A DNA stretch of 58,767 nt, taken from positions 1 to 58,767 of the IMG/VR virus record IMGVR_UViG_3300021057_000002. One strand, given 5' to 3'. A model generated the notes under the pieces. It did not search any database. It was not told the DNA's origin and worked only from the letters and a program-made list of their open reading frames with translations. This document shows positions 58,129 to 58,767 of this stretch, one piece after another (the stretch's first letter is position 1; each line of letters starts with the position of its first letter). Made by a program: the position numbers and the translations under genes. The DNA comes from a virus.

Positions 58129-58767
58129 TCGCGCTGGCTCGCTCCCTCGATCTCGCCGACCTGCAGCGGCAAGCGGCCGACGACGACTCCGCACGTCTCG
58201 TCCTCGCCGATATGCATGAGGAGCGCGACGAGCACGATGTCGCGGCGATCCTCCGCTCCGAGCTCGGCCACGGCTACGCACAACAGTACGTCCGCGACGA
58301 TGTCGCCCGACTGTGGCGTGACGAGTTGCCGACTCGCACGGGCAAGCTCCGCAAGCGCGTCGAGAAAATGACCAAGGCCGAAGAGGCGCGGATGTCCGAG
58401 TGGCGAGACAAGTGGATCGCGCACGCGCTCACCACGGGCAGAGCGGATCGTCCGTTGTTCGAGGCCGCAGTCTGCTCGATCTATCGCCTGCTGCACAAAG
58501 ACGGGAATGTCGACACACAAACGCCGCGCGTGATCTGGACGCCGTGTCCGCTGGTGCCAGTGTTCGCAGGGCCGATCGCGTCGCTGTTGATCGCGCAGGG
58601 CAATGTCGAGCGCGCCAAGCACTCGGCAGTGCACTCGGCAGTGCGCTCGGCAGTGGGCTCGGCAGTGGGCTCGGCAGTGCGCTCGGCAGTGGACTCGGCA
58701 GTGCACTCGGCAGTGCACTCGGCAGTGCACTCGGCAGTGCGCTCGGCAGTGGACTCGGCAGTGCACT
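58125..58767 (+). CDS. 5-prime part of the junction-spanning gene: TIGR02996-like N-terminus, DUF6745-like body, start of the SAVx repeats
   Basis: Not in the ORF track because it has no stop inside the window. AAGGAG at 58111-58116 precedes TTG 58125, which overlaps the upstream stop as TTGA. DDSARLVLADMHEERDEHDVAAILR resembles the TIGR02996 repeat-companion motif. The gene continues in frame into 1..429. Confidence 0.7.
   Translation, partial: MIALARSLDLADLQRQAADDDSARLVLADMHEERDEHDVAAILRSELGHGYAQQYVRDDVARLWRDELPTRTGKLRKRVEKMTKAEEARMSEWRDKWIAHALTTGRADRPLFEAAVCSIYRLLHKDGNVDTQTPRVIWTPCPLVPVFAGPIASLLIAQGNVERAKHSAVHSAVRSAVGSAVGSAVRSAVDSAVHSAVHSAVHSAVRSAVDSAVH
58620..58767 (+). repeat. 12-bp tandem repeat array (part before the junction)
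   Basis: Twelve head-to-tail units TCGGCAGTG-NN-C, read as S-A-V-(H/R/G/D). The last 46 nt are identical to nt 1-46. Confidence 0.95.

Larger units (their letters stand above)
1..58767. mobile_element. Complete temperate phage genome on a circularly closed contig (unit length about 58,721 bp)
   Basis: nt 1-46 equal nt 58722-58767 and join in frame. The window holds full sets of integration, immunity, replication, packaging, virion and lysis genes. No host-like housekeeping genes were seen. Confidence 0.85.

Noticed and set aside
57915-58766. A - strand 283-aa ORF beginning with an HCRVHCRAHCRV repeat.
   Set aside because: It is the antisense reading of the SAVx tandem array and of the junction-spanning gene. 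The + strand has the RBS, the start coupling and a conserved-looking domain architecture.
58620-58767. Whether the short direct repeats are a CRISPR array.
   Set aside because: The 12-nt units are strictly contiguous with no spacers. They are in frame, coding (SAVx), and far shorter than CRISPR repeats.

Overview
The window appears to be one complete, circularly closed genome. Its first 46 nt are identical to its last 46 nt, giving a unit length of about 58,721 bp. It is a high-GC temperate phage with podovirus-like structural genes: no sheath, tube, or tape-measure/chaperone genes, and a T7-like order of portal, scaffold, capsid, adaptor, nozzle, internal core proteins, fibres. A TIGR02996-like domain and an Mx8-like attP inside the integrase ORF hint at a myxobacterium-like host; that is inference, not a search result.

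Layout:
- Rightward early operon, 55607 across the junction to 11159 (+ strand): many small genes, a gene spanning the junction that contains a 12-bp tandem repeat, a recombination module (annealase, RHH protein, Cas4-like exonuclease), a candidate DNA-modification pair (deoxyribosyltransferase-like plus TGT/DpdA-like), excisionase and integrase.
- Leftward late operon, 44600 down to about 11658 (- strand): small genes, TerL, five inserted small genes, portal, scaffold, capsid, tail and internal proteins, an atypical lysis cassette, then a block after the endolysin (metallophosphoesterase, Cys-rich proteins, two lipoproteins).
- Leftward early operon, 53777 down to 44988 (- strand): regulator, MazG-like protein, replication initiator with an embedded iteron origin, DnaB, zinc/winged-helix protein, orphan DNA methyltransferase, nucleases.
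- Immunity region, 53.8-55.6 kb: Cro/YdaS-like gene, XRE repressor, and an ImmA-like protein with a degenerate HExxH motif.

About half of all gene junctions are 4-nt start/stop overlaps (GTGA, ATGA, TTGA). I used these to trim the over-long ORF-track calls. No rRNA, complete tRNA or CRISPR array was seen. All family names come from motif recognition by eye and memory, not database searches.
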